From Spirochaetota bacterium (GTDB lineage: Bacteria; Spirochaetota; Spirochaetia; Treponematales; UBA12059), in NCBI GenBank assembly GCA_003247225.1, contig QKAK01000057.1:4774-68773 (forward strand): a DNA stretch of 64,000 nucleotides. Reading direction: 5' to 3'. Made by a program: the position numbers and the translations under genes. Positions 25,752 through 36,887 of the stretch are shown piece after piece; position 1 is the stretch's first letter; the number at the start of each line of letters is the position of its first letter. The notes beneath the pieces were generated by a model, which worked only from the letters and a program-made list of their open reading frames with translations, ran no database searches and was not told where the DNA came from.

Positions 25752-26387
25752 ATGGAAGGCAAAGTCTTTTCCGTACAGGGCAAGGAGCTACGGTCGATAG
25801 AGCTGTCCGATGACGTGTTTGGCCTGCCGGTCAACGAGGACGTCATCTGGTACGCCATCAACAACGAGCTCGCGAACGCCCGCGTCGGCACCGCCGACAC
25901 GAAGACCCGCTCCGACGTCCACGGCTCCAACCGCAGGCCCTACGCCCAGAAGGGCACCGGCCGCGCCCGCCAGGGCGACGTCAAGTCGCCGATCTACGTC
26001 GGCGGCGGCACCGTCTTCGGCCCGCACCCGAGGGACTACTCGTACTCGATCAACAAGAAGGCCAAGCGCCTCGCGATGAAGAGCATCCTGAGCCTCAAGG
26101 CGCAGGGCTCCGCGATGAAGGTCGTCGAGGACTTCTCGGTCGAGAGCGGCAAGACGAAGGATCTCGCGTCCATCCTGTCCGGCCTCGTGCCCGAGGGCAA
26201 GGCCGAGAGGACCGTGGTGATCCTGAAGGACGACGACTCGATGGTCAAGCGCGCGGGCCGCAACATCCCGTGGCTGCACTTCCTGTCGTTCAACCGCCTC
26301 CGCGCCCACGACCTGTTCTACGGACGGACCGTGATCGTGATGGAATCCGCGGTGAAGAGCCTCAACGAATTCTACGCGGACAAGTAA
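25752..26387 (+). CDS. rplD: 50S ribosomal protein L4
   Basis: Synteny; motif [15 protein letters not shown]. Confidence 0.96.
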   Translation: MEGKVFSVQGKELRSIELSDDVFGLPVNEDVIWYAINNELANARVGTADTKTRSDVHGSNRRPYAQKGTGRARQGDVKSPIYVGGGTVFGPHPRDYSYSINKKAKRLAMKSILSLKAQGSAMKVVEDFSVESGKTKDLASILSGLVPEGKAERTVVILKDDDSMVKRAGRNIPWLHFLSFNRLRAHDLFYGRTVIVMESAVKSLNEFYADK

Positions 26388-26401
26388 GGAAGGCTGAAGC
26401 A

Positions 26402-26686
26402 ATGCAGTACGAAAGCATACTGATAGAGCCTGTCCTCAGCGAGAAGACGAACCTTCTGCGCGAAGAGGGACAGTACGTTTTCCGCGTAGACCCGAGGGCG
26501 ACCAAGACCCAGGTCAAGGAAGCCGTAAGGCGGCTCTTCGAGGTGCACCCGATCTCGTGCACCATCATGAACGTCAAGGGCAAGCCGAAGAGGCTTCGCT
26601 ACCGCTCCGGATACACCTCGTCGTGGAAGAAGGCCGTCGTCCGTCTCGCCAAGGGCGAGACCATCAAGGCCTTCGAGGGCGCGTGA
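26402..26686 (+). CDS. rplW: 50S ribosomal protein L23
   Basis: Internal start MQYESILIEPVLSEKT... of ORF 26270..26686. Confidence 0.95.
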   Translation: MQYESILIEPVLSEKTNLLREEGQYVFRVDPRATKTQVKEAVRRLFEVHPISCTIMNVKGKPKRLRYRSGYTSSWKKAVVRLAKGETIKAFEGA

Positions 26687-26702
26687 GGAATAGGGGAACG
26701 CT

Positions 26703-27530
26703 ATGGCTATCAAGACATTCAGGCCGATAACCCCCGGACTCAGGCACCGGGTACAGGTCGTCAACGACGCGCTCACGGTCGGTAACGAGCCTGTCAAGGG
26801 CCTCACCAAGGGCAAGAAGCAGAACGCCGGCCGCGCCTCGAACGGCCGCATCTCGATGCGGCGCAAGGGCGGCGGGCATAAGAGGAAGCTCCGCGAGATC
26901 GACTGGAAGCGCGACAAGTTCGGCGTGCCGGGCAAGGTCGCGACCATCGAGTACGATCCGAACAGGTCCGCCAATATCGCGCTGATCAACTACGTCGACG
27001 GCGAGAAGCGCTACATCGTCGCTCCCTCCGGCCTCGCGGTCGGTCAGACGGTGGTCAGCGGGCCCGACGCCGCCCCCGAGGTCGGGAACGCGCTGCCGCT
27101 CGAGAACATCCCGGTCGGCTTCACCGTGCACAACGTCGAGCTGACCCTGGGCAAGGGCGCGCAGCTCGCCCGCTCGGCCGGCGCCGGCGCCCTGATCGTC
27201 GGTACGGACGGCGATTACGTCACGCTGAAGCTGCCGTCGAACGAGCTCAGGCTCGTGTTCAAGAAGTGCATCGCCACTATCGGCGGCGTCGGCAACGAAG
27301 ACCATATGAACGAGCGCTTCGGCAAGGCCGGACGCGTCCGATGGCTCGGCAAGCGGCCGCGGGTGCGCGGTATCGCGATGAACCCGGTCGACCACCCGCA
27401 CGGTGGCGGCGAGGGTCGCGGCAAGGGTTACAAGCAGCCGGTTACCCCGTGGGGCCAGCCTTGTAAGGGTTATAAGACGCGCGATCCGCACAAGCCGTCG
27501 AGCCGCTTCATTGTGAAGCGCCGCAAGTAA
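26703..27530 (+). CDS. rplB: 50S ribosomal protein L2
   Basis: [15 protein letters not shown]...[13 protein letters not shown]. Confidence 0.98.
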   Translation: MAIKTFRPITPGLRHRVQVVNDALTVGNEPVKGLTKGKKQNAGRASNGRISMRRKGGGHKRKLREIDWKRDKFGVPGKVATIEYDPNRSANIALINYVDGEKRYIVAPSGLAVGQTVVSGPDAAPEVGNALPLENIPVGFTVHNVELTLGKGAQLARSAGAGALIVGTDGDYVTLKLPSNELRLVFKKCIATIGGVGNEDHMNERFGKAGRVRWLGKRPRVRGIAMNPVDHPHGGGEGRGKGYKQPVTPWGQPCKGYKTRDPHKPSSRFIVKRRK

Positions 27531-27546
27531 AGGATAGGAGCGAACC

Positions 27547-27828
27547 GTGTCCAGGTCAGTAAAGAAGGGCCCGTTCATTGAGAAGAGCCTCTACAAGAAG
27601 ATAATCGAGGCGTCGAAGGCGGGCGACAAGAAGGTGCTCAAGACCTTCTCCCGCTGCTCCACGATCATCCCCGAGATGGTCGGCCTCACCTTGTCGGTCT
27701 ATAACGGCAAGAGCTGGGTCCCGGTCTACGTGACCGAGAACCTCGTGGGACACAAGCTCGGCGAGTTCTCGCCGACCCGCGTGTTCCGCGGCCACGCCGG
27801 CTCCGACAAGAAAGCGGACAGGAGATAG
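27547..27828 (+). CDS. rpsS: 30S ribosomal protein S19
   Basis: GTG start; [14 protein letters not shown]...[11 protein letters not shown]. Confidence 0.97.
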   Translation: MSRSVKKGPFIEKSLYKKIIEASKAGDKKVLKTFSRCSTIIPEMVGLTLSVYNGKSWVPVYVTENLVGHKLGEFSPTRVFRGHAGSDKKADRR

Positions 27829-28200
27829 GTGGCTAGCATGGCAAAGATTACCGGTTACCCGGCGACCGCCAAGTACCTGATGGGGTCGCCGTCGAAGATT
27901 CGGCCCGTGGCGGACCTCGTCCGCAATAAGCCGTATACCGAGGCCGTCGCGATCCTCGAGCACATGCCCCAGAAGGGCGCCGCGCTCATCAAGAAGGTCG
28001 TGGTCTCGGCCGCGTCGAACGCGCTGAACAAGAACAAGAAGCTCGGCGAGGACATGCTCTACGTCAAAGAGGTGCAGGTGAACGACGGCCCGAGGATGCG
28101 CCGCGTTTGGTTCCGCGCCCGCGGTAGGGCTGACATGCTCGTGAAGCAGATGTGCCACATCAGCGTGGTCGTCGACGAAATCGCAAGGTCGGAGGCGTAA
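27829..28200 (+). CDS. rplV: 50S ribosomal protein L22 (alternative start ATG 27838)
   Basis: Synteny; motif [15 protein letters not shown]. Both GTG 27829 and ATG 27838 are plausible starts. Confidence 0.93.
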   Translation: MASMAKITGYPATAKYLMGSPSKIRPVADLVRNKPYTEAVAILEHMPQKGAALIKKVVVSAASNALNKNKKLGEDMLYVKEVQVNDGPRMRRVWFRARGRADMLVKQMCHISVVVDEIARSEA

Positions 28201-28201
28201 G

Positions 28202-28978
28202 GTGGGCCAGAAAGTAAATCCTATCGGTCTGAGGATCGGCATCAACAAGGATTGGCAGTCTCGCTGGTTCGTCGACCCCCGCGACTACGCGAAGACGCTC
28301 CACGAGGACCTGGCGCTGCGCAAGCGGATGTACCAGCTCCCCGAGGCCAAGAACGCCGATATCTCCGAGATCGAGATCGTCAGGCATCCGCAGAAGGTGA
28401 CCATCGTCATCCATACCGCGAAGCCCGGCGTGCTGATCGGCCAGAAGGGCGCCAACATCGAGCGCATCGGCCTCGAGCTCCAGAAGTACGCTTCCAAGAA
28501 GATCAACATCAAGATCAAGGAAGTTAAGAAGGTCGAGACCAACTCGCAGATCGTCGCCCAGAACGTCTGCCGCCAGCTCGAGGGCCGCGGCTCGTTCCGC
28601 AGGACCATGAAGATGGCCGTCGGCACCGCGATGAAGGCCGGCGCGCAGGGCTGCAAGATCCGCATGTCCGGCCGCCTCGGCGGCGCCGACATGAGCCGCA
28701 CCGAGGAGTACAAGGAAGGCCGCGTGCCGCTCCATACCCTCAGGGCCGACATCGACTACGGCTTCTGGGAGGCCAACACCACGTACGGCAAGATCGGCGT
28801 CAAGGTGTGGATCTGCAAGAGCGACAACGCGATGATGGGCGATAAGAAGGACGACGCCGGCCTGATGCCGGGCCGCCCGCGCCGCGAGCATGGCGATAGG
28901 CCCGAGCGCGGCGGACAGCGCGGATCGCGCGGACCTAACCCGGGCTACGGCCGCGGGCCGCGCGAGGCGAGGAGCTAG
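28202..28978 (+). CDS. rpsC: 30S ribosomal protein S3 with an Arg/Gly-rich C-terminal extension
   Basis: GTG start; [13 protein letters not shown]...; tail [34 protein letters not shown]. Confidence 0.97.
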   Translation: MGQKVNPIGLRIGINKDWQSRWFVDPRDYAKTLHEDLALRKRMYQLPEAKNADISEIEIVRHPQKVTIVIHTAKPGVLIGQKGANIERIGLELQKYASKKINIKIKEVKKVETNSQIVAQNVCRQLEGRGSFRRTMKMAVGTAMKAGAQGCKIRMSGRLGGADMSRTEEYKEGRVPLHTLRADIDYGFWEANTTYGKIGVKVWICKSDNAMMGDKKDDAGLMPGRPRREHGDRPERGGQRGSRGPNPGYGRGPREARS

Positions 28979-28981
28979 GAA

Positions 28982-29404
28982 ATGTTGCAGCCTAAGAGAG
29001 TAAAGCACCGCAAGGTGCAGCGCGGCAGGGTCAAGGGCAACGCCACCGCCGGTAACGCTATATCGTTCGGCGAGTTCGGCCTCGTCTGCGAGGAGCCGAT
29101 GTGGATCACCAACCGCCAGCTCGAGGCCGCCCGCGTGGCCTTGAACCGGTCGATCAAGCGCGGCGGCAAGCTGTGGGTCAGGGTCTTCCCCGATAAGCCG
29201 TTCTGCAAGAAGCCGCTCGAGGTCCGCATGGGCAAGGGCAAGGGCGGCCCGGAGTACTGGGTAGCCGTGGTCAGGCCGGGTACGGTCATGTTCGAGCTGT
29301 CCGGCGTTCCCCGTGACGCCGCCGCCGAGGCCATGCGCCTCGCCGGAAGCAAGCTCCCGATCAAGACCAAGTTCGTCGTCCGCGCGGACATGGAGATGGA
29401 GTGA
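28982..29404 (+). CDS. rplP: 50S ribosomal protein L16
   Basis: [16 protein letters not shown]... Confidence 0.97.
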   Translation: MLQPKRVKHRKVQRGRVKGNATAGNAISFGEFGLVCEEPMWITNRQLEAARVALNRSIKRGGKLWVRVFPDKPFCKKPLEVRMGKGKGGPEYWVAVVRPGTVMFELSGVPRDAAAEAMRLAGSKLPIKTKFVVRADMEME

Positions 29405-29408
29405 TCGC

Positions 29409-29621
29409 ATGAAGAACTCGTTCAAGGAGCTGAAGCTCGAGGAACTCGTGGCTAAGCGCGACGAGCTCAGGAAGAAGTACTTCGACCTGCGCTTCCAGAT
29501 GGTCATCGGCCATGTAGAGAACCCGCTCGAGAAGCGGACGATGCGCAGGCAGATCGCGAGGCTCAACACCCTCATCTGCCAGCGCGAGCGCGGCGCCGAC
29601 GGCGCCGGCGCCAAGGCTTAA
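29409..29621 (+). CDS. rpmC: 50S ribosomal protein L29
   Basis: Internal start MKNSFKELKLEELVAKRDELRKKYFDLRFQ of ORF 29313..29621. Confidence 0.93.
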   Translation: MKNSFKELKLEELVAKRDELRKKYFDLRFQMVIGHVENPLEKRTMRRQIARLNTLICQRERGADGAGAKA

Positions 29622-29633
29622 CGGAGGCCGGAC

Positions 29634-29897
29634 ATGGAAGCAACGGTAAGGAAAGAGAAGCAGGTCCTGCAGGGCGTCGTGGTCAGCGACAAGATGGACA
29701 AGACCATCGTCGTCGAGATCATGATGCGCAAGCTGCACCCGCTGTACAAGAAGTACTTGACCCGGAGCAAGAAGGTAAAGGCACACGACGAGAAGAACGA
29801 CGCCAAGGTCGGCGATACCGTTAGGGTCGTGGAGACTCGGCCGCTTTCGCGCGATAAGCGCTGGCGCCTGGCCGAGATAGTCGAGCGCGCGAAGTAA
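29634..29897 (+). CDS. rpsQ: 30S ribosomal protein S17
   Basis: [14 protein letters not shown]...KVHDEKN-type sequence; synteny. Confidence 0.95.
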   Translation: MEATVRKEKQVLQGVVVSDKMDKTIVVEIMMRKLHPLYKKYLTRSKKVKAHDEKNDAKVGDTVRVVETRPLSRDKRWRLAEIVERAK

Positions 29898-29915
29898 GCG
29901 GCGGAGAGGACCGGT

Positions 29916-30284
29916 ATGATACAGGTTGAATCCAGGCTGAACGTCGCGGACAACTCCGGCGCCAAGACGGTGCAATGCATCAAGGTGCTCGGCGGTTCGA
30001 AGCGGCGTTACGCATCCATCGGCGATATTATAGTCGTGGCCGTCAAGGCGGCCCTTCCTAATTCCGCCATCAAGAAGGGAACCATCGAGAAGGCCGTCAT
30101 CGTGCGCGTACACAAGGAGTACCGCAGGCCTGACGGGACCTACATCAGGTTCGACGATAACGCCTGCGTCATCATTGACGCGAACAAGAACCCGAAGGGC
30201 AAGCGCATCTTCGGTCCCGTCGCCAGGGAGCTGCGCGACAAGGACTACATGAAGATCGTCTCGCTGGCCCCCGAGGTCCTCTAA
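29916..30284 (+). CDS. rplN: 50S ribosomal protein L14
   Basis: [17 protein letters not shown]... Confidence 0.98.
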   Translation: MIQVESRLNVADNSGAKTVQCIKVLGGSKRRYASIGDIIVVAVKAALPNSAIKKGTIEKAVIVRVHKEYRRPDGTYIRFDDNACVIIDANKNPKGKRIFGPVARELRDKDYMKIVSLAPEVL

Positions 30285-30294
30285 GGAGCGGGCG

Positions 30295-30618
30295 ATGAAT
30301 GACGTCAAGATAAAGACGAAGCTGAAGAAGGACGATCTCGTGCAGGTCATCTCCGGCAAGGAGCGCGGCAAGCAGGGGAAGATCGTCAAGATCGATCGCG
30401 ACAAGGGAAGGGCGATCGTTCAGGGCGTCAACATGGTCAAGAAGGCCATGCGGAAGAAGAACCAGAACGATCGCGGCGGAATCATAGAGATCGAGGCGCC
30501 CGTTCGCCTCTGCAACATGATGATCGTCTGCAAGAAGTGCGGACCTACCCGCGTCGGTTACAAGCTCGAGGGCGACGCGAAGAAGCGCGTCTGCCGGAAG
30601 TGCGGGGAGGCGCTCTGA
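30295..30618 (+). CDS. rplX: 50S ribosomal protein L24
   Basis: KOW motif [20 protein letters not shown]; synteny. Confidence 0.95.
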   Translation: MNDVKIKTKLKKDDLVQVISGKERGKQGKIVKIDRDKGRAIVQGVNMVKKAMRKKNQNDRGGIIEIEAPVRLCNMMIVCKKCGPTRVGYKLEGDAKKRVCRKCGEAL

Positions 30619-31187
30619 TGGCCGAGAAGCAGCAGAAGGACGCGTACGTTCCGAGGCTCAGGAAGATATACGCCGACAAGGTGGCGACCGAACTCAAGAG
30701 CGAGTTCGGCTACACCTCGACGATGCAGATCCCGAAAGTGGTCAAGGTCATCGTGTCGATGGGCGTCGGGGAGGCCAAGGAGAACAAGAAGATCCTCGAG
30801 GCCGCGGTCGAGGACATCGGCATCATCACCGGCCAGAAGGCCGTGAAGACGAAGTCGAGGAAGTCGATCGCGACGTTCAAGATCCGCGAGGGCCAGGAGA
30901 TCGGCTGTAGGGTGACGCTGCGCGGCGCGCAGATGTGGGAGTTCCTCGATAGGCTCCTGAACGTCGCCCTGCCGCGCGTGAAGGACTTCAGGGGAGTCAA
31001 CCCGAACGCCTTCGACGGTCACGGGAACTACTCGATGGGCCTTACCGAGCAGATCATCTTCCCGGAGATCGATTACGACAAGATCGAGAAGGTGATGGGA
31101 ATGAACATCGCCATCGTTACGAGCGCCCGTACCGACAAGGAAGCGAAGAGCCTCCTTGGCAAGCTGGGCATGCCGTTCAGGAAGTAG
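30618..31187 (+). CDS. rplE: 50S ribosomal protein L5
   Basis: Internal start [16 protein letters not shown]... of ORF 30537..31187. The ATG overlaps the rplX TGA. Confidence 0.95.
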   Translation: MAEKQQKDAYVPRLRKIYADKVATELKSEFGYTSTMQIPKVVKVIVSMGVGEAKENKKILEAAVEDIGIITGQKAVKTKSRKSIATFKIREGQEIGCRVTLRGAQMWEFLDRLLNVALPRVKDFRGVNPNAFDGHGNYSMGLTEQIIFPEIDYDKIEKVMGMNIAIVTSARTDKEAKSLLGKLGMPFRK

Positions 31188-31198
31188 GGGAGAATCGA

Positions 31199-31384
31199 AT
31201 GGCCAGGAAAGCTATGATACTGAAGGCGCTCGAGAAGCCGAAGTACATGACCAGGCACGTGAATCGATGCAAGATATGCGGTCGGCCCCGGGGGTATCTC
31301 CGGAAGTTCGACATGTGCCGTATTTGTTTCCGGAAGCTCGCGAGCGAGGGCCTCATTCCGGGCGTAACCAAATCGAGCTGGTAG
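31199..31384 (+). CDS. rpsN: 30S ribosomal protein S14, type Z (zinc-binding)
   Basis: 61 aa; [22 protein letters not shown]. Confidence 0.96.
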   Translation: MARKAMILKALEKPKYMTRHVNRCKICGRPRGYLRKFDMCRICFRKLASEGLIPGVTKSSW

Positions 31385-31394
31385 GAGGACTGGA

Positions 31395-31793
31395 ATGAGC
31401 GTTTCCGATCCCATCTCCGATATGCTGACCAAGGTCCGCAACGCGAGCATGGCTCGCCACGAGAAGGTAGACATCCCGACCTCGCGGCTCAAGCTCGAGA
31501 TCGTAAAGATCCTCAAGACCGAGGGCTTCATCAAGAACTTCAAGAAGATCGTGCAGGAGAACCAGAACTTCATCCGGGTCTTCCTCAAGTACGACGAGGA
31601 GAACGAACCGATCCTCCACGGCATCGAGAAGGTCTCCAAGCCCGGCCGCAGGGTCTATGCCGGCTACAAGGGTCTGCCGAGGGTGCATAACGGCTACGGA
31701 ACCCTGATCGTCTCGACCTCAGAGGGCGTGACCACCGGTAAGAAGGCCGCCGAGAAGAAGGTCGGCGGCGAACTCATCTGCACCGTCTGGTAG
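31395..31793 (+). CDS. rpsH: 30S ribosomal protein S8
   Basis: [17 protein letters not shown]... Confidence 0.97.
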   Translation: MSVSDPISDMLTKVRNASMARHEKVDIPTSRLKLEIVKILKTEGFIKNFKKIVQENQNFIRVFLKYDEENEPILHGIEKVSKPGRRVYAGYKGLPRVHNGYGTLIVSTSEGVTTGKKAAEKKVGGELICTVW

Positions 31794-31808
31794 AAGAGGG
31801 GAACCGCC

Positions 31809-32354
31809 ATGTCGAGAATAGGCTATCTGCCGATAACGGTACCGAAGGGCGTGAAGATCGCCGTACAGGGGAACAAGGTCAACGTGGAAGGCCCGAAGGG
31901 CAAGCTCTCCGAAGAGCTCGCCACGTCTCTCGTCACCGTGGACGTTAAGGACGACGTGATCAACGTCGGCCGCGCCAACGACGAGAAGCAGACCAAGGCT
32001 TTCCACGGCCTGTACCGCAATCTGATCAAGAATATGGTAGTCGGCGTTTCGGAGGGCTACAAGAAGGCCCTGATGATAAACGGCGTCGGCTTCAAGGCCG
32101 AGGTGCAGGGCAAGCTCCTGGTCCTCAGCCTCGGGTATTCCAGCGACGTGTACGTCGGGATCCCGGAGGGGCTTGCGGTCGCGATCGAGGGCAATAACCA
32201 GAAGGTCGTTGTCTCGGGCATCGACAAGCAGCTCGTAGGCAAGTTCGCGAGCGAGATCCGCGGGCTGCGGAAGCCCGAGCCGTACAAGGGCAAGGGAATC
32301 CGCTACGAGACCGAGACCATCCGCAAGAAGGTCGGCAAGACCGGCGTGAAGTAA
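31809..32354 (+). CDS. rplF: 50S ribosomal protein L6
   Basis: MSRIGYLPITVPKGVKI... Confidence 0.97.
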   Translation: MSRIGYLPITVPKGVKIAVQGNKVNVEGPKGKLSEELATSLVTVDVKDDVINVGRANDEKQTKAFHGLYRNLIKNMVVGVSEGYKKALMINGVGFKAEVQGKLLVLSLGYSSDVYVGIPEGLAVAIEGNNQKVVVSGIDKQLVGKFASEIRGLRKPEPYKGKGIRYETETIRKKVGKTGVK

Positions 32355-32363
32355 GGGACGGCC

Positions 32364-32729
32364 ATGAGCACGAAAGAGATATCTGAGAAGATCAGGCGGC
32401 GCGGGGCTCGCAAGGTCCACGTCCGCAAGAGCATAAGCGGAACCGCCGAGCGCCCGAGGCTGACGGTTTTCAAGTCGAACAAGTACCTGTACGTCCAGGC
32501 CATCGACGACGAGGCCGGCGTTACGATCGCCGCGGCCAGTACCCTCGAGAAGGCTCTCGAGGGCACCAGGCCGACCGTAGAGGGCGGCGCCAAGCTCGGT
32601 GAGCTGATGGGCGCCAGGCTCGGCGAGAAGAAGATCGGGGCCGTCGTGTTCGACAGGAACGGCTACAACTATCATGGCGTAGTCAAGGCCATCGCCGACG
32701 GTACCCGCAAGGCCGGGATCAAATTCTAG
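32364..32729 (+). CDS. rplR: 50S ribosomal protein L18
   Basis: Synteny; motifs [14 protein letters not shown] and [14 protein letters not shown]. Confidence 0.96.
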   Translation: MSTKEISEKIRRRGARKVHVRKSISGTAERPRLTVFKSNKYLYVQAIDDEAGVTIAAASTLEKALEGTRPTVEGGAKLGELMGARLGEKKIGAVVFDRNGYNYHGVVKAIADGTRKAGIKF

Positions 32730-32738
32730 GGGGAACTC

Positions 32739-33248
32739 GTGGATAGGAGAGACAGGGACGACAGGTCCCGCGATATCTACGTCGAGAAGCTCGTCAAGCT
32801 GAATCGAACGGCCAAGGTCGTCAAGGGCGGTAGGCGGTTTTCGTTCTCCGCGCTGACCGTGGTCGGGGACCGCTCCGGCAACGTCGGCTACGGGTTCGGC
32901 AAGGCCAACGACGTGACCGAGGCGATCCGCAAGAGCATCGACAAGGCCAAGCGCAGCATGGTCAAGCTTCCCGTGAAGAACGGGACCATTCCGCACGACG
33001 TCATCGGCGAGTACAAGGCCTCCAGGGTCATCATGATGCCCGCCTGCCCCGGTTCCGGCATCATCGCCGGCGGAGCGGTCCGCGCCATCATGGAGGCCGG
33101 CGGCATCACCGACATCCAGGCCAAGTGCGTCGGCAGCCGGTCGGCCGTCAACGTGATCCGCGCCACCTTCAAGGGGCTCGAGGGCATCTTCGACGCCCGC
33201 GTCGTAGCCCATAACCGCGGCAAGGCGCTTAAGGATATGTGGGGTTAA
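32739..33248 (+). CDS. rpsE: 30S ribosomal protein S5
   Basis: GTG start; motif [24 protein letters not shown]. Confidence 0.96.
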   Translation: MDRRDRDDRSRDIYVEKLVKLNRTAKVVKGGRRFSFSALTVVGDRSGNVGYGFGKANDVTEAIRKSIDKAKRSMVKLPVKNGTIPHDVIGEYKASRVIMMPACPGSGIIAGGAVRAIMEAGGITDIQAKCVGSRSAVNVIRATFKGLEGIFDARVVAHNRGKALKDMWG

Positions 33249-33250
33249 CC

Positions 33251-33457
33251 ATGGCTGAAATGATCGTGATCAAGCTCAAGAAGAGCCTTATCGGACGCAA
33301 GCCCGAGCAGCGCGCCACCGTGCGCTCCCTCGGCCTGCGCAAGATAAGCTCGAGCGTGGTGCAGGAGGCGACTCCTTCGATACTCGGAATGGTCGACGCG
33401 GTCAAGCACCTCGTCGAGGTCAGGCCCTACGCGCCGGGCCAGGAGCAGAAGAAATGA
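33251..33457 (+). CDS. rpmD: 50S ribosomal protein L30
   Basis: Internal start [29 protein letters not shown] of ORF 33239..33457. Confidence 0.93.
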   Translation: MAEMIVIKLKKSLIGRKPEQRATVRSLGLRKISSSVVQEATPSILGMVDAVKHLVEVRPYAPGQEQKK

Positions 33458-33900
33458 GCGACTTCAATCTACATCCGCCCGTCGGCGCCACGCACCGCAA
33501 GAAGATCGTAGGCCGCGGCCAGGGCTCCGGCCTCGGCGGCACCGCCGGCAAGGGCAATAAGGGACAGCAGTCCCGTTCCGGCGGCAAGACCTATCCGGGC
33601 TTCGAGGGCGGGCAGATGCCGCTGTACAGGCGGCTGGCGCACAGGGGCTTCAATAACAAGAACTTCAGGGTCGATTTCCAGATCGTCAACCTGAACGACA
33701 TCGAAGCCCGCTTCGAGGCCGGCGAGATCGTCGACGGCGTCTCGCTCGCGATAAAGGGTCTCGTCCGCAAGGCCGAGAAGCCGGTCAAGATTCTCGGCAA
33801 CGGTACGCTGTCAAAGGCGCTGACCTTCGTCGTGGATAAGATTTCCGCCTCCGCCAAGGCCAAGATCGAATCGGCCGGCGGCAAGGTAGAAACGCCCTGA
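33454..33900 (+). CDS. rplO: 50S ribosomal protein L15
   Basis: ATGA overlap with rpmD; motifs [19 protein letters not shown] and [13 protein letters not shown]. Confidence 0.96.
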   Translation: MSDFNLHPPVGATHRKKIVGRGQGSGLGGTAGKGNKGQQSRSGGKTYPGFEGGQMPLYRRLAHRGFNNKNFRVDFQIVNLNDIEARFEAGEIVDGVSLAIKGLVRKAEKPVKILGNGTLSKALTFVVDKISASAKAKIESAGGKVETP

Positions 33901-33935
33901 TCGGGCGATTGCGACAAGAAAGAAGGTAACGGTCT

Positions 33936-35264
33936 ATGGCAGGCAACGCGTTGACGGACGTGTTCCGTATAAAAGAACTGCGGGAACGCATTCTCTATAC
34001 CCTCACCTGGCTCGTCGTGTTCAGGATCGGCGCCTTCCTGCCGATCCCCGGCATCAACGCCGGCGCGCTCAAGAGCTATTTCGCGTCGGTGAGCTCCCAG
34101 GGCGGCATCACCGATTACCTCGACTTCTTCGCCGGCGGAGCGTTCAAGAACTTCTCTGTCTTCATGCTCGGCGTCATGCCGTACATATCGACCCAGATCA
34201 TCATGCAGCTCCTGCTCGTCGTGTTCCCCAGCCTGAAGAAGATGGCCGAGGAAGAGGGCGGGCGCAAGAAGATCGCGCTGTACACCCGGCTCGGCGCCAT
34301 CCTGGTCGCGGTGCTCCAGTCGTTCGCGCTCGTCGCCTACGCCAAGAACATCGCGAAGACCCATCCCGACGTGCTGATGATCAGCCCGCAGGCCTACACG
34401 CTGCTGGCCATGCTGACGGTGACCACCGGCACCATGTTCCTCATCTGGATAGGCGAGCAGATCACCAAGCGCGGTATCGGCAACGGTATCTCGCTGATCA
34501 TCTTCGCCGGTATCGTGGCCAGGCTCCCGAACGCGCTGTACGCGCTGTTCTCGAAGATGGTCTCGGGCGAGGTGAACCCGGTGGTGGCCATCTTCGTGCT
34601 GCTACTGTTCGTCGCGGTGGTCGTGCTGGTCATCTTCGAGCAGCAGGGCCAGAGGAAGATCCCCGTCAACTACGCCAAGCGCGTGGTCGGGCGGAAGATG
34701 TACGGCGCGCAGAACACCTACATCCCGTTCAAGATCAACCCCTCCGGCGTCATCCCGGTCATCTTCGCGTCCAGCCTGCTGACGTTCCCGCTCCAGATCG
34801 CCCAGAGCCTCGGCGGCGGCGCTAAGTGGCTGCGCGATTTCGCGTACTTCCTGCGCCCCGAGGGTTGGTGGTACAATATCTTCTATATCCTGTTCATCGT
34901 CTTCTTCGCGTATTTCTATACGCAGGTGTCGCTGAACCCGCAGGAGATAAGCAAGAACATCCGCGAGAACGGCGGTTCGATCCCGGGCATCCGCTCGGAG
35001 AAGATGGAAGAGTACCTGTCCAAGATACTCAACCGTATCGTGCTGCCGGGCGCCCTGTACCTCGCGCTCATAGCGCTGATACCGACGATCGTGCAGCGGG
35101 TGTTCAATTTCCCGAGCGAGCTGTCCTACCTGTTGGGCGGTACCTCGCTCCTCATACTAGTCGGAGTCGACTTGGATACCATGTCCCAGGTGGAGGCGCA
35201 GCTCAAGATGCACCACCACGACGGGCTCACGAAGCGCGGCCACATCAAGTCGCGCAACCTGTAG
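33936..35264 (+). CDS. secY: Preprotein translocase subunit SecY
   Basis: 442 aa polytopic protein; motifs GIMPYISTQIIMQLL-like and GISLIIFAGIVA. Confidence 0.97.
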   Translation: MAGNALTDVFRIKELRERILYTLTWLVVFRIGAFLPIPGINAGALKSYFASVSSQGGITDYLDFFAGGAFKNFSVFMLGVMPYISTQIIMQLLLVVFPSLKKMAEEEGGRKKIALYTRLGAILVAVLQSFALVAYAKNIAKTHPDVLMISPQAYTLLAMLTVTTGTMFLIWIGEQITKRGIGNGISLIIFAGIVARLPNALYALFSKMVSGEVNPVVAIFVLLLFVAVVVLVIFEQQGQRKIPVNYAKRVVGRKMYGAQNTYIPFKINPSGVIPVIFASSLLTFPLQIAQSLGGGAKWLRDFAYFLRPEGWWYNIFYILFIVFFAYFYTQVSLNPQEISKNIRENGGSIPGIRSEKMEEYLSKILNRIVLPGALYLALIALIPTIVQRVFNFPSELSYLLGGTSLLILVGVDLDTMSQVEAQLKMHHHDGLTKRGHIKSRNL

Positions 35265-35330
35265 CATGGTAGACGAGGGCGGCCCGGGCGTGGTACAAAA
35301 CTTTTTCGGTACCTTACGGAGGAATCGACG

Positions 35331-35447
35331 ATGAAGGTCAGGACCAGCGTGAAGCGCATATGCGATAAATGCAAGGTTATCAAGCGGAACGGAGTAGTCC
35401 GCATTATTTGCGAGAGCAATCCCAAGCACAAGCAGAAGCAGGGATGA
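35331..35447 (+). CDS. rpmJ: 50S ribosomal protein L36 (38 aa; below the ORF-track cut-off)
   Basis: Hand translation [38 protein letters not shown]; GGAGG upstream. Confidence 0.95.
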   Translation: MKVRTSVKRICDKCKVIKRNGVVRIICESNPKHKQKQG

Positions 35448-35461
35448 GGAGGTAGGCCCCT

Positions 35462-35830
35462 ATGGCACGTATAGCGGGAGTAGACCTCCCCAACAAGCAC
35501 GTCGAGATCGCGCTTACGTACATCTACGGCATCGGCCGGACGAGCGCCAGGAAGATCTGCGAGACGGTCAAGGTCGACCCTAACCGGAACATCAACGACC
35601 TGTCGAACGAGGAAGTCAACGAGCTTCGCAAGCTGATCGAGAACGAGTATAAGGTCGAGGGAAGGCTCCGCTCGGAGACGGCCCTCAATATCAAGCGGCT
35701 CATGGATATAGGTTGCTACCGGGGCCTCAGGCACCGGAAGGGCCTGCCCGTCCGAGGCCAGCGCACGCGGACGAACGCGCGCACGCGCAAGGGCAAGAAG
35801 AAGACCGTGGCCAATAAGAAGAAGGCCTAA
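35462..35830 (+). CDS. rpsM: 30S ribosomal protein S13
   Basis: [25 protein letters not shown]... Confidence 0.97.
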   Translation: MARIAGVDLPNKHVEIALTYIYGIGRTSARKICETVKVDPNRNINDLSNEEVNELRKLIENEYKVEGRLRSETALNIKRLMDIGCYRGLRHRKGLPVRGQRTRTNARTRKGKKKTVANKKKA

Positions 35831-35844
35831 GGAGGGTAGGGCTC

Positions 35845-36225
35845 GTGGCTCAGGCAAAGAAACGAAAAGAGAAGAAGAGCGTATACGAGGGCAACGTCTA
35901 TATCCAGGCGACCTTCAACAATACCATCATCACCGTCACCGACTTGAACGGTAACGCTATATCGTGGGGCTCCTCCGGTGGCCTCGGCTTCCGCGGCGCG
36001 AAGAAATCCACCCCCTTCGCGGCGCAGTCGGTCACCGAGCAGGCAGTGGCGAAGGCGCTCAACGTGGGCCTCCGCGAAGTGCACGTCTACGTAAAGGGTC
36101 CGGGAGTCGGTCGCGAGTCCGCGATCCGCCAGCTCGGCGCGCTGGGGCTCAAGATCAAGAGCATCAGCGACGTGACGCCCATTCCGCACAACGGCTGCCG
36201 CCCCCCGAAAGCGCGCAGGATGTAA
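35845..36225 (+). CDS. rpsK: 30S ribosomal protein S11
   Basis: GTG start; motifs [14 protein letters not shown] and [15 protein letters not shown]. Confidence 0.97.
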   Translation: MAQAKKRKEKKSVYEGNVYIQATFNNTIITVTDLNGNAISWGSSGGLGFRGAKKSTPFAAQSVTEQAVAKALNVGLREVHVYVKGPGVGRESAIRQLGALGLKIKSISDVTPIPHNGCRPPKARRM

Positions 36226-36242
36226 GGTAGGGGAGAAACAGA

Positions 36243-36878
36243 ATGGCACGTTACATTGGCCCTCGCTGCAGGCTCTGCCGCGCCGAGGGTAAGAGGCTTT
36301 TCCTGAAGGGCGACAAGTGCAAGAGCGACAAGTGCCCGATCAACCGCAAGCGCATGGCGCCCGGTAAGGACCCGAAGACCCGGCAGAAGAAGCAGTCCGA
36401 GTACGCCGTCCAGCTCAGGGAGAAGCAGAAGCTCAAGAGGTCCTACGGCCTCATGGAGAAGCAGTTCAAGCTGACCTTCGAGAAGGCCATGCGCATGCCC
36501 GGCAAGACCGGCGAGAACCTGTTCGGCCTGCTCGAGCGCAGGCTCGACAGCGTGGTCTACAGGCTCCGCTTCGCCACGAGCCGCTCGCAGGCCAGGCAGG
36601 TCGTGCTCCACGGGCACATCCTCGTCAACGGCAAGCGCGTGGACATTCCGTCCTACCAGGTGAAGACCGGCGACACGATCACCGTGCACCAGTCCTATAA
36701 GACCAATAAGGTCCTTCTCGCGGCCCTGGCCGAGTACGAGAAGAGCGGCGTCATGCCCTGGGTCTCGCTCGACGTGGACAAGCTCGAAGGTAAGTTCAAC
36801 GTCGTACCGCAGCGCCAGGACATTGTCGACATGGCCGATATCCGCGAACAGCTCGTGGTAGAGCTCTATTCGAAGTAA
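36243..36878 (+). CDS. rpsD: 30S ribosomal protein S4
   Basis: MARYIGPRCRLCRAEGKRLFLKGDKC... Confidence 0.97.
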   Translation: MARYIGPRCRLCRAEGKRLFLKGDKCKSDKCPINRKRMAPGKDPKTRQKKQSEYAVQLREKQKLKRSYGLMEKQFKLTFEKAMRMPGKTGENLFGLLERRLDSVVYRLRFATSRSQARQVVLHGHILVNGKRVDIPSYQVKTGDTITVHQSYKTNKVLLAALAEYEKSGVMPWVSLDVDKLEGKFNVVPQRQDIVDMADIREQLVVELYSK

Positions 36879-36887
36879 GGAGTGGAC

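Noticed and set aside
35265-35330. adk, map and infA are missing between secY and rpmJ.
   Set aside because: The content of this junction varies widely between phyla. The 66-nt spacer shows no pseudogene remnants. This is ordinary variation.
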